Below, piece after piece: positions 55,461 through 64,000 of a stretch of DNA of 64,000 bases. Origin of the DNA: Candidatus Roizmanbacteria bacterium UBA1450 (GTDB lineage: Bacteria > Patescibacteriota > Microgenomatia > UBA1406 > GWC2-37-13). Where the stretch lies: contig DCTC01000001.1 in assembly GCA_002329205.1 (NCBI GenBank), forward strand, positions 18,530-82,529. The letters run 5' to 3'. The translations under genes and the position numbers were made by a program. A model generated the notes under the pieces. That model had not been told where the DNA came from. It saw only the letters and a program-made list of their open reading frames with translations, and did not search any database. Every line of letters begins with the position of its first letter. The first letter of the stretch is position 1.

Positions 55461-56069
55461 TTATTGCCGCAACTTAACTTTCGTCTGATATTGCAGAGCA
55501 GTTACCCCCAGTGCCGGATTCGGAACTCTCCGATTGTATGTCACCGTATAGGAAAAACTCACTACTGGTGCAGTATACGTAGATTTCATGACACAACCGA
55601 TTTGGAAATCTGAAATATTGACACGAATATTATGAACTGTTACGTCAAATGAAGGTGAACCGTTGGCCCGGTATCGCAAATCATCTCCGTCCAGGACGTA
55701 TTGAAACTGATCTGAATTTTCGTTCACAAATACAAAATCTCTTCCAATTTCACCTGTTACAGGGTCTGGTGTCGAAGAATTATAGCCGAGACCGGCATTA
55801 TTGCAAATATTCTGCGGCACAGCAGAACTTTCAAATATTCCATCAGCATCGCTGATCATTCTGTCCCCTTCTCGCATAATCCGTTCCTTCATAAGCTGCA
55901 TGATATAGTCGCCTTGCCGCTTGGTTTCAGTTATTTCATAGATTTTAATCTGCTGCTGGAGAATAACATACAGAATACTGAACACTGCCGGCATAAGAAT
56001 TCCGAGAAGTGCTATAACAACAAGAACTTCAATAATGGTATATGCTTTTTGAAATAGTTTCTTTTTCAT
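55461..56069 (-). CDS. pilin-like protein (minor pilin/pseudopilin)
   Basis: The N-terminal FQKA/YTIIEVLVVIALLGIL is a class III signal-like sequence with Ala at -1 and Glu at +5. Confidence 0.7.
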   Translation of the reverse strand: MKKKLFQKAYTIIEVLVVIALLGILMPAVFSILYVILQQQIKIYEITETKRQGDYIMQLMKERIMREGDRMISDADGIFESSAVPQNICNNAGLGYNSSTPDPVTGEIGRDFVFVNENSDQFQYVLDGDDLRYRANGSPSFDVTVHNIRVNISDFQIGCVMKSTYTAPVVSFSYTVTYNRRVPNPALGVTALQYQTKVKLRQ

Positions 56070-56070
56070 C

Positions 56071-56577
56071 TTATTGCCATAATGAATAAACGGTATCTAT
56101 TGTTTCAGTCCGCTGAACATTGTCTTCCATCCACGTGACAGTAATAGTCGCCGTTACACGAGTCGCTGTTCCTGCGACATCTTTGCGCATAGTCAGAGTT
56201 CGCCGGAATATCCTCGGATCCTGGGATCCGACTCCAGTAAATCCGCATGTTGATGTATTAAATACCGGTAGAGATGCCAATGTATTTGCTATTGCTATCG
56301 CATTGTTTGCGCAATATGTTCTGCCCGCCACAGTAGCATAATTTTGAAATGCTACCCAATCTGCTTCTCGTTCGCCATCCAGCCATTCTTTCAAGTCCTG
56401 CACATAATGCGTCGCATACAATTTATGCTGATTGTAGGACATAGTATGGACAAGCTGCATGGTAAATCCGACAGCAGAAATGAGAACCAGACTTACCAAA
56501 GTCATAAATACAATAACCTCGACAAGACTGAACGCCTGCTGGTTTTGTTTAGTTTTAGCAGTCATAGGGGTCGCCAT
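56071..56577 (-). CDS. pilin-like protein (minor pilin/pseudopilin)
   Basis: NQQA/FSLVEVIVFMTLVSLVL motif. The ATG at 56577 or at 56565 is preferred over the TTG at 56601. Confidence 0.7.
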   Translation of the reverse strand: MATPMTAKTKQNQQAFSLVEVIVFMTLVSLVLISAVGFTMQLVHTMSYNQHKLYATHYVQDLKEWLDGEREADWVAFQNYATVAGRTYCANNAIAIANTLASLPVFNTSTCGFTGVGSQDPRIFRRTLTMRKDVAGTATRVTATITVTWMEDNVQRTETIDTVYSLWQ

Positions 56578-57043
56578 AGTGTGCCGGAGTGTTGGGTCCA
56601 AGCTGTAACTGGATACAACGATTTGAACTGTTATGCTTGATTATGATCGAGGTATTCGTACTTGCCGTTCCGTACGGATACGTAAACTGAACCGTTGTAG
56701 AAGATCCTGAACCGATTACCGAGTTTTCCAGAGTCCCCTGACGGTCAAAACCAAAATATGCGCCGCACTGGAGTCGAATAATATAATCAGATGCATCTAT
56801 TGTGAAGAATATAACTCTCCCTGCCAATGCACAATTTTGGTCTCCATTCACATCCCGCGCGATCATATCCATTTTCATCCTATCCAATTCGTTCAGTATC
56901 AGATCAGCATCTTTCTTGAGTTGTCTTTCCCGAACCTGCTGGCTGTAGGTACGGGTACTTACCGTAATAAATATAACGATAATTGCCATAACAACTATGA
57001 TTTCAATCAAAGTGAATCCTTTTTTCAATGGATACGTAAACAT
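56555..57043 (-). CDS. pilin-like protein (minor pilin/pseudopilin)
   Basis: LKKG/FTLIEIIVVMAIIVIFI motif. The ATG at 57043 is preferred over the TTG at 57076. Confidence 0.75.
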   Translation of the reverse strand: MFTYPLKKGFTLIEIIVVMAIIVIFITVSTRTYSQQVRERQLKKDADLILNELDRMKMDMIARDVNGDQNCALAGRVIFFTIDASDYIIRLQCGAYFGFDRQGTLENSVIGSGSSTTVQFTYPYGTASTNTSIIIKHNSSNRCIQLQLGPNTPAHYGDPYDC

Positions 57044-57101
57044 ATTGGTACTCGTTAAATCAAAGAAGGTAATCAATAATTGTTATATTTCACAGCAAAA
57101 C

Positions 57102-57587
57102 TTACATTACGGCAATGTGAACGACATGTCTTACCAAGGCTAGTATCATGCGAATAACAGGGTTGTTGGTGATTGTTGCTGTAGATGGAGTAACGCTATA
57201 TGTATTCCCCATGCTCTCTAAATTGGTTGAAAGTGTATATGTAGAACAATATGTTGTCGTATTGTTGCATGTTCCTCCGCCTGAGGCACGAGGAGCATAC
57301 GTGTATACATTCGTTGCATTGGTCTGAGGATCAGGAGGCAATGGGTATTGAGTGGGGAAGGCTCCGCTGGTAATACTGGTCGGATATACACCGGCAATCT
57401 GGCTGCTTTTAAAAAGTTCAAGATTTGATCTGATTGATTCGACATTCACAATCCTTTTTTGATCTCTCCCGTGACGCAATGAATTAGAATATGATGCCGT
57501 GGCGATACTTAATAGTAAACCAATTATCGCGATGACAACGATTATTTCAATAAGTGTAAAACCTTGATTTATGATATGTTTGCGCAT
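57102..57587 (-). CDS. type IV pilin-like protein
   Basis: INQG/FTLIEIIVVIAIIGLLL is a canonical prepilin cleavage/methylation motif. Confidence 0.8.
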   Translation of the reverse strand: MRKHIINQGFTLIEIIVVIAIIGLLLSIATASYSNSLRHGRDQKRIVNVESIRSNLELFKSSQIAGVYPTSITSGAFPTQYPLPPDPQTNATNVYTYAPRASGGGTCNNTTTYCSTYTLSTNLESMGNTYSVTPSTATITNNPVIRMILALVRHVVHIAVM

Positions 57588-57633
57588 AGTTATAAATCAG
57601 TATAGTACATTTTTAACGAAGAACATATGCTTT

Positions 57634-58284
57634 TTATTTCCTACGGGAAGCATCCAGCAGCCATAAATCAATAGAAAGCTGTGCATTGATATTGTTACGT
57701 TCTGATAAAGACAATAATTCCAGAGCTTTCCTAAGTGATGCAGATACCCAAGGATCTCCTGTTTTCAGTTGTGCATGTAATGCGGTAATAATCAATTTCA
57801 GAAGGTTTCTGGCATCATCGAGCGAAGTAGGCTGCATCAAAGGATGGGACATCCCCGCCAAACCTTGACCTTTGCGGATGGAAGAAATTATCTCTAATAT
57901 TTGCGTATTTGCCTTTAGTTCCTCCTTGACTTCAAAGTGTGTATTAACGGTACACCTTGAACGGATAGTCGGGAGGATTGCATCAATTCTTGTTGTGAAA
58001 AGAAGAAACATATGAGTAGTACTCAGCTCTTCTAGCATTTTTAGCATTGCATTTTGAGCTTCAATCGTTGCTTTTTCGAACGAGTGAAATAGAATAGTTC
58101 TATTTGCCTTCCCGACAAGCTGCAAATCACGTCGCAATTCTCGTATTTGTTCAATCGTAATCGAACTGCCCGAAGGTTCAATAATGATCATTCCGTGTGG
58201 ATTTGAGGGTAATGTTGAAACGATCTGAGGTACTACTTCAAGTATCTCCTGCTGTTGTGATAATTGGATGATCTGCGGGTGCAT
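57634..58284 (-). CDS. holB: DNA polymerase III delta-prime-like protein
   Basis: TIEAQNAMLKMLEE and LPTIRSRC are clamp-loader sensor motifs. There is no Walker A, as is usual for delta-prime. At 216 aa the form is short. Confidence 0.7.
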   Translation of the reverse strand: MHPQIIQLSQQQEILEVVPQIVSTLPSNPHGMIIIEPSGSSITIEQIRELRRDLQLVGKANRTILFHSFEKATIEAQNAMLKMLEELSTTHMFLLFTTRIDAILPTIRSRCTVNTHFEVKEELKANTQILEIISSIRKGQGLAGMSHPLMQPTSLDDARNLLKLIITALHAQLKTGDPWVSASLRKALELLSLSERNNINAQLSIDLWLLDASRRK

Positions 58285-58335
58285 AGGTATGAGTAATAGA
58301 GTTGAATTTTATGGTAAATACCTTATATTGGATAT

Positions 58336-60057
58336 ATGGGTATTTCTCCAAAAGAATTCTTAATTAAGCTTGTTCAAAAAGGTGTTGTTGATCAACAGGT
58401 TGCCTCTCAATATGAGGTAGACAGTCTGAAACGAAATCTCCCTATTGACCGTTACTTGCTACAGTATACCAATATCTCGAGCGAGGAGATTATGAAAACA
58501 AAGGCTGATCTTCTCAATGTACCTTACGTAAATATCTCAACAACAGCAGTTGATCCGCAGGCGTTGAAATTCATACCGCAGGCAATAGCTGAACGTCATA
58601 CCATTATGCCGTACATGTATGATCAACAAGCAAAAAAACTTTATGTCGCGACCTCTGATCCCTTGAATGTGAGCCTCCAGGATTTTATCGAGATGAAGAC
58701 AGGATCGAAGGCAGTACTGGCACTCGCATTGGAAGAAGATATCGCAAAATCAATAACCGTTGCATACACAAAAAATCTCTCACCTGAAGTTGAGCAGGCA
58801 TTGCAGCAGGTTGCTCCGGCAAAACCAGCACAAGAAACGCCATCCATTCAAACAAGTACTGACTTTACCAATGCTCCAATTGCAAAAATCGTCAATACCA
58901 TTTTGGAATTTGCGGTTAAAAGCCGAGCCTCTGATATCCATATCGAAGCTCAGGAACTGAAGACAAGAATCCGATACCGTATCGACGGTATCCTTCAGGA
59001 AAAACTGTCTTTACCTGCAAGTATTCATGAGTCGCTCGTCTCTCGTATCAAAATTCTGTCCGAAATGAAGATAGACGAGAAACGAATTCCTCAGGACGGA
59101 CGGTTCAATTTTAAAACCCCTGAAGAAGAAATTGATCTCCGTGTGTCTACGCTTCCCACCGTCCATGGGGAAAAAATTGTTATGCGACTTCTGCGGAAAA
59201 GCGGAGGTATGCCGACACTACAGGAACTGGGACTTGATGGCTCTCAACTACAGCGCTTTGAAGAGGGAATTTCCCGATCTTACGGAATTGTATTGGTTAC
59301 CGGGCCGACAGGTTCCGGTAAAACCACAACATTGTATTCTGTGTTGAACAAACTGAATACCAAAGCCGTAAACATTGTCACGCTCGAAGACCCGGTAGAA
59401 TATCAGATTGAAGGAATCAATCAGGTTCAAATCAATTCACAGGCCGGATTGACATTCGCAGCAGGTCTGAAGTCATTTCTCAGACAGGACCCCAATATTA
59501 TTCTCGTCGGAGAAATCCGTGATAAAGAAACGACACAGCTTGCTATCCAGGCTGCTCTCACGGGACATCTTGTTTTCTCAACACTTCATACCAATGATTC
59601 CGCCACCGCAGTTCCCCGACTTACCGATTTGGGAGGTGAACCGTTCCTTATTGCCTCCGTACTCAGTGTAATCATGGCACAGCGTATCGTACGACGAGTC
59701 TGTGATAATTGTAAAGAAACCTATGAACCACCGACAGAAGTTCAACAAAAAGTCAAAGACGTCCTCGGTCCGGTTTTGCCCAAACAGTATCAGGATGGAG
59801 CTCCTGTTTTACTGACACGAGGAAAAAAATGTGAAGAGTGCAACAACTCCGGATACAAAGGACGAATCGGGATTTATGAGATACTCAGAACATCCCCGGC
59901 AATCAATGATCTGGTTTTGAAAGGTGCTTCGTCGCATGAAATCGAACAGCAGGCACAAAAAGAAGGCATGATACTTATGAAACAGGACGGTTTTCTCAAA
60001 GCAGTCAAAGGAATTACGACAATCGAAGAAGTTATGAGAGTTACAGAGACATCTTAA
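58336..60057 (+). CDS. pilB: type IV pilus assembly ATPase PilB/GspE family
   Basis: N-terminal GSPII_E_N-like domain. Walker A GPTGSGKTT, Asp box, Walker B ILVGEIRD, His box, and a tetracysteine motif CDNC...CEEC. Confidence 0.9.
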   Translation: MGISPKEFLIKLVQKGVVDQQVASQYEVDSLKRNLPIDRYLLQYTNISSEEIMKTKADLLNVPYVNISTTAVDPQALKFIPQAIAERHTIMPYMYDQQAKKLYVATSDPLNVSLQDFIEMKTGSKAVLALALEEDIAKSITVAYTKNLSPEVEQALQQVAPAKPAQETPSIQTSTDFTNAPIAKIVNTILEFAVKSRASDIHIEAQELKTRIRYRIDGILQEKLSLPASIHESLVSRIKILSEMKIDEKRIPQDGRFNFKTPEEEIDLRVSTLPTVHGEKIVMRLLRKSGGMPTLQELGLDGSQLQRFEEGISRSYGIVLVTGPTGSGKTTTLYSVLNKLNTKAVNIVTLEDPVEYQIEGINQVQINSQAGLTFAAGLKSFLRQDPNIILVGEIRDKETTQLAIQAALTGHLVFSTLHTNDSATAVPRLTDLGGEPFLIASVLSVIMAQRIVRRVCDNCKETYEPPTEVQQKVKDVLGPVLPKQYQDGAPVLLTRGKKCEECNNSGYKGRIGIYEILRTSPAINDLVLKGASSHEIEQQAQKEGMILMKQDGFLKAVKGITTIEEVMRVTETS

Positions 60058-60088
60058 ACATTAGCATTAATTATTACCCAATTTTATT

Positions 60089-61141
60089 ATGAAACTTGAA
60101 GAATTATTTCAACAAACGCTCGACAAATCAGCATCGGACCTCCACATTATTCCGGATTACCCGCCGATGCTTCGTGTGTACAGTGAGCTTGCTCCGGTAC
60201 CTGGGACAGAAGCTCTCTCCAAAGAAGATACAAAAACTCTTCTGGAAAAAATATTGAATGAAGCTCAGCTTGATGAGTTGCACACCAACAGAGAGACTGA
60301 TTTCGGTCTGGAATGGGGAGATGTACGCTTCCGTGTCAATTATTACTATGCTAAAGGTGGACTCGCAGGAGCATTCCGGCTTATCCCGAAGAAAATTAAA
60401 ACTATAGAAGAACTGGCCATCCCGACAACACTTCACAAACTTGCAAAAACAACGAATGGTTTGATTCTTCTGACGGGACCAACCGGGGAAGGAAAATCAA
60501 CCACCATCTCCGCATTGTTGAACGAGATCAACATGACAGAAAAAAAGCATATTATCACCATCGAAGACCCTATCGAATTCACGTATCCAGTCGGGAAATC
60601 GATCATCTCTCAGCGGGAACTTCATTCTGACACACATTCCTGGGTAAAAGCACTCCGGTCTGTACTGCGTGAAGATCCTGACGTAGTACTCATCGGCGAA
60701 ATGCGTGACCAGGAAACAATACAGGCTGCCCTCACTATCGCCGAAACCGGACATCTTGTCTTTTCAACACTCCACACCAATAGTACACCTGAAGCAATAA
60801 ATCGTATCATTGATGTATTCCCAGGTCATCAGCAGAATCAAATACGTAATCAGCTGGCGACGGTATTGAAAGCGGTTGTGTATCAACGGCTTGTCCCCAA
60901 AACACAGAAAAACGGCCGAGTTCCGTCGCTTGAAATATTGTTCAATGTGCCGGCAGTTTCTGCTCTTATCCGCGAAGGGAAGATTTTTATGATTGACAAT
61001 GTTCTTGAGACAGGGGAAGAGCATGAGATGATTCTTTTTGACAAGTATCTTTCGAGACTTTACAAGCAAAATCTTATTTCCCGGGAAGATGCATATTCTT
61101 ATGCCATTCGACCCAAAGAAATTGAAAAATTTATGGCTTAA
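60089..61141 (+). CDS. pilT: type IV pilus retraction ATPase PilT
   Basis: ASDLHI start, Walker A GPTGEGKST, Walker B VLIGEMRD and GHLVFSTLHTNS. The 350-aa size is typical of PilT. Confidence 0.9.
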   Translation: MKLEELFQQTLDKSASDLHIIPDYPPMLRVYSELAPVPGTEALSKEDTKTLLEKILNEAQLDELHTNRETDFGLEWGDVRFRVNYYYAKGGLAGAFRLIPKKIKTIEELAIPTTLHKLAKTTNGLILLTGPTGEGKSTTISALLNEINMTEKKHIITIEDPIEFTYPVGKSIISQRELHSDTHSWVKALRSVLREDPDVVLIGEMRDQETIQAALTIAETGHLVFSTLHTNSTPEAINRIIDVFPGHQQNQIRNQLATVLKAVVYQRLVPKTQKNGRVPSLEILFNVPAVSALIREGKIFMIDNVLETGEEHEMILFDKYLSRLYKQNLISREDAYSYAIRPKEIEKFMA

Positions 61142-61143
61142 TC

Positions 61144-62349
61144 ATGCTATTTACATACAAGGCACTTCAGAAAGACTCAACGAAAATCAACGGAGAAATG
61201 GACGCGAGTTCTGAAAAAGAGATATCGGAGTATTTGAAAAAAAACGGATACTTTCCGATTGAGATCAAGGAAAAGAAACCAAGCTCACTCGACAGTTTCT
61301 CAACACTGCTTCAACAGGTGTCGTTCCAGGATGTAACATACATGACCCGTCAGTTTGCTATTATGCTTGATGCCGGTCTTACCCTCATAGACTCAATTGA
61401 GATTATCAAGAAACAAGTTCAAAAACCCGCTCTTAAAAAAATGCTTGAAGAGATTGATAAATCACTTCGTGACGGAAAAACATTCTCACAGGCACTTTCA
61501 AAATATCCGAAGCAGTTTTCTCATTTTTATGTCGCCCTTGTCAAATCGGGAGAGGCCTCAGGAAAACTGGACAGTATCCTCGAGAAACTGGCCGAACACA
61601 TGGAAAAGCAACGGGCTTTCCAGCAGAAAATCCGCAATGCTATGATCTATCCTGTAGTTGTTATAACAGCGATGTTTGCGATGATGTTTGTGATGTTTGC
61701 GTTTGTGATGCCACAGCTTCTTTCTTTGTATGAGAACTTCCAGGTTGAACTGCCCCAATCAACGAAGATTATTATGGCTATTTCGAATTTTATGAAAAAC
61801 TATTGGCCATATGTATTGGCGGCAATTATTGCAACTGTGATCGGACTTATTAAACTGAAAAATACAAAAAAGGGGAGCGAGGTATTTGATATGAATATCC
61901 TTAAAGTGCCTGTAATGGGAAATATCGTAAAAACTTCCGGCCTGGTGGATGCAACCAGAACTCTTTCAATCCTTATCTCATCCGGTGTTCCTATCCTTGA
62001 TGGTCTGGTGATCGTCATTGACGTAAACAGCAATATCGTATTTAAACAGGCTTTCCAACGAATAAAAGAGAAAGTTGAGAAAGGTATGTCCGTCGGGTCT
62101 GCCATGTCCAATGAGCCAATCTTCCCCGAATCTCTGACACAGATGGCTATCGTAGGGGAACAAACAGGTCATCTGGATGTCACACTTCTCAAACTATCCG
62201 AGTATTATCAGACCGAATCAGAGATGGCAGTCAAAGGCTTGCTGACAATGATGGAACCTATGATACTTATTGTCTTGGGTGTCTCGGTAGGGTTCCTCGT
62301 TATGGCTGTCATTACACCGATTTTTTCACTCACGAATTCGTTGCAGTAA
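61144..62349 (+). CDS. pilC: type IV pilus platform protein PilC/GspF family
   Basis: Two GspF-type repeats (GEASGKLD... and GEQTGHLD...) and three TM segments. Confidence 0.9.
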   Translation: MLFTYKALQKDSTKINGEMDASSEKEISEYLKKNGYFPIEIKEKKPSSLDSFSTLLQQVSFQDVTYMTRQFAIMLDAGLTLIDSIEIIKKQVQKPALKKMLEEIDKSLRDGKTFSQALSKYPKQFSHFYVALVKSGEASGKLDSILEKLAEHMEKQRAFQQKIRNAMIYPVVVITAMFAMMFVMFAFVMPQLLSLYENFQVELPQSTKIIMAISNFMKNYWPYVLAAIIATVIGLIKLKNTKKGSEVFDMNILKVPVMGNIVKTSGLVDATRTLSILISSGVPILDGLVIVIDVNSNIVFKQAFQRIKEKVEKGMSVGSAMSNEPIFPESLTQMAIVGEQTGHLDVTLLKLSEYYQTESEMAVKGLLTMMEPMILIVLGVSVGFLVMAVITPIFSLTNSLQ

Positions 62350-62357
62350 AAACACAC

Positions 62358-62385
62358 TTGACAAAGACTTTAAAAATACTATAAA
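62358..62385 (+). promoter_or_regulatory. sigma70-type promoter of the major pilin gene
   Basis: TTGACA (62358-62363), a 16-nt spacer, then TATAAA (62380-62385). Confidence 0.5.
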
Positions 62386-62425
62386 GTAGTAATAGTCATT
62401 ACTTATTCTACATATAATTAATATT

Positions 62426-62977
62426 ATGAAAAAAATATCAGAGAAGGCGTTTACTCTTGTCGAACTGCTTATCGTAATTGGTATTATTGGTATTTTGGCT
62501 GTTACGTTGATGGTTTCGCTGAACCCGGCAGAAGCTCAGAGAAAATCAAGAGATGCAAAGCGCATCAAAGACGCAGGAGTACTTGAAAGTGTCATGATTC
62601 AGCTAATCAATGATGGAATTGATGTCGGTACAGCTAATGGTACTCTCGGTGGCCCTGCCTCTAATCCCGCTACAAGTGCAAGTGCGGGTAATGCACAGTC
62701 ACAAGCGTGTGCGAGCAGCTGGCTTGGCCTTAATGTGTGTAACTATCTAAAAAGTGTCCCTACTGATCCACAAAATAACCGAACAACGTCATCAGTCAAC
62801 TCGGCAACCACAACAACAGCTCAACTTGCTGTATATCGGGCACGCATATCAAACGGCGAGTATGAAATAAACGTACGCCAAGAATCCCTTTCAAATGCAA
62901 CAAAAGTGACCGGTGACGGAGGAAACAGTAACTCATGGTATGAAGTATTCTCAAGTGGAAATAACGTTTTGAACTGA
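62426..62977 (+). CDS. pilA: type IV pilin (probable major pilin)
   Basis: SEKA/FTLVELLIVIGIIGILAV motif. It has its own promoter and a strong terminator, and sits downstream of pilBTC. Confidence 0.8.
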   Translation: MKKISEKAFTLVELLIVIGIIGILAVTLMVSLNPAEAQRKSRDAKRIKDAGVLESVMIQLINDGIDVGTANGTLGGPASNPATSASAGNAQSQACASSWLGLNVCNYLKSVPTDPQNNRTTSSVNSATTTTAQLAVYRARISNGEYEINVRQESLSNATKVTGDGGNSNSWYEVFSSGNNVLN

Positions 62978-62997
62978 TAATTTCTGAAATTTACAAA

Positions 62998-63023
62998 GCG
63001 GGCAGAAATGCCCGCTTTTTTTT
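62998..63023 (+). terminator. rho-independent terminator after pilA
   Basis: GCGGGC-AGAAAT-GCCCGC followed by eight T. Confidence 0.75.
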
Positions 63024-63063
63024 ATGATTCTCCTTCTATGATGATATACCTAATACCTAATAC

Positions 63064-64000
63064 CTAATTACTCTTTATCTGCTGGAGAAGTTCCTGAGCT
63101 TCAATAAAGTTGGGGCGGAGTTCCAGCGCGTACTCAACGGCATCCGTTGCCTTTTCCTGATACTCGCTGCTTTCGGACTCCTGAGCCATAAGTGAATAAA
63201 AGAGTCCGAGCATATAATAGCTTTGTGCATCGGTCGGTGCAAGCACTGTTGTATATCGCATGCTGTCAAGTGCCCGTTTTAAATCATCAATATCACCGGT
63301 CATCTGATAATACACATAATTGTTTTTTGCCTTTGTCCGCCAATAGTGGATATTGTCAGGTGATTTTTTCAGGGCGTTGTTATTGGATTCCCGGGAAAGG
63401 GATATTAACTCTTCTGTGTTCTGCCCCTCACTGTTGAATGAATTGATAAAAGCCAAGTGGGCTAAAGATGTTGAGAGTTTATCCTCATATACATGCTCAT
63501 ATTTGTTACCAAGTGCCTGAATATACAGTTGTGATGCAGTAACATAATCTTCCTGTGATTCTGCTTCCTGAGCTCTTTTGTACAAACGGTCTGCCTGGTA
63601 ATAGGAAAGTACATATTCCAGCAGATAAAGACAGGCAGCAACTGTAATCACGATTTGAACTATCCGAATTGTCGAGAATTCTCGTTTCTGCATCTCTCGT
63701 TTTTCCGGCTGGAAAGTCAGATAAGCCATTCCGGGAAGAAGGTAAAAGAATAATTGAATATTTGTGGTAGAGAAGCCAAAAAAATTCGTAATAAGTATGG
63801 TGAGATATGCAAGTAAAAGTGAAAACGTAAAAAGTGATTTATCAATCTGCCTGGAATTTAAAAATGATGCAAAACTTCGCAGAGACACAGAGATTAAAAT
63901 GATATATGCTATGAAACCGATAAACCCAGTTGTCGCAAGATAGTTCAAATATTCATTATGTGCTTTGTTGTATATGAAATCCCATTCTGAAGTCAGATTA
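63064..64000 (-). CDS. O-antigen ligase/polymerase-like membrane protein with C-terminal TPR repeats (partial, 5' end outside window)
   Basis: The minus frame stays open past the TTG at 63948 to the window edge (...AHNEYLNYLATTGFIGFIAYI). The HNEYL...G.IG pattern is typical of the Wzy_C/O-antigen ligase family. TM helices follow, then TPR-like helical repeats. Confidence 0.7.
   Translation of the reverse strand, partial: NLTSEWDFIYNKAHNEYLNYLATTGFIGFIAYIILISVSLRSFASFLNSRQIDKSLFTFSLLLAYLTILITNFFGFSTTNIQLFFYLLPGMAYLTFQPEKREMQKREFSTIRIVQIVITVAACLYLLEYVLSYYQADRLYKRAQEAESQEDYVTASQLYIQALGNKYEHVYEDKLSTSLAHLAFINSFNSEGQNTEELISLSRESNNNALKKSPDNIHYWRTKAKNNYVYYQMTGDIDDLKRALDSMRYTTVLAPTDAQSYYMLGLFYSLMAQESESSEYQEKATDAVEYALELRPNFIEAQELLQQIKSN

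Noticed and set aside
1-64000. Alternative genetic code (UGA reassigned, as in some candidate phyla)
   Set aside because: Long ORFs with recognisable full-length products terminate at TGA, TAA and TAG at the expected lengths. ATGA-type overlaps use TGA as a stop. The standard code fits.
1-64000. CRISPR arrays, transposases, integrases, reverse transcriptases (DGR/retron) and toxin-antitoxin pairs
   Set aside because: I saw no regularly spaced direct repeats and no ORF with recognisable motifs of these families. The only mobile-element-like trace is the tRNA-Val 3' duplication, which is reported separately.

Overview
The window reads as an AT-rich chromosomal segment from a small-genome, monoderm-type bacterium under the standard genetic code. 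Trimmed housekeeping proteins, a type IV pilus locus without a secretin, an LPXTG protein and a class A PBP are reminiscent of Candidate Phyla Radiation/Patescibacteria; that taxonomic call is inference. No searches or computations were run; all product calls rest on motifs recognised by eye in the supplied translations.

Housekeeping content:
- Sugar and nucleotide metabolism: PfkB kinase fragment, phosphomannomutase.
- Replication and repair: holA-like and holB-like genes, recG.
- Translation and RNA: dus, obg, tig, a MiaB-family methylthiotransferase, trpS, thrS, infC-rpmI-rplT, pheST, rpmF, nusB, rnc, rpsP.
- Other: thrC, PBP1A, an aquaporin, an ABC exporter.
- Four tRNAs: Lys-CTT, Arg-TCG, Asp-GTC, Val-GAC.
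- No rRNA, CRISPR array, transposase or integrase was seen.

Three accessory blocks stand out:
1. 16988-23423: a GT9 heptosyltransferase-like gene directly upstream of three paralogous secreted Asn/Gly/Thr-rich repeat proteins. One is long and carries LPXTG, one is short and unanchored, and one is divergent. I interpret this as a candidate surface-fibre/adhesin system that may be glycosylated, and I did not recognise the repeat family.
2. 26774-34114: a complete ADP-heptose biosynthesis and transfer cluster. It contains a GT4-GmhA fusion, gmhB, hldE with a degenerate-looking adenylyltransferase domain, an intact stand-alone copy of that domain, and a second GT9.
3. 53223-62977: a split, divergent type IV pilus locus with pilMNO, four pilin-like genes, pilBTC and pilA.

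Smaller items:
- tRNA-adjacent islets carrying GC-richer orphan genes.
- A partial duplication of the tRNA-Val 3' half.
- A promoter, alternative-hairpin and uORF leader upstream of thrS.
- An L20-leader-like hairpin upstream of infC.
- A shikimate-kinase-like P-loop kinase translationally coupled to thrC.
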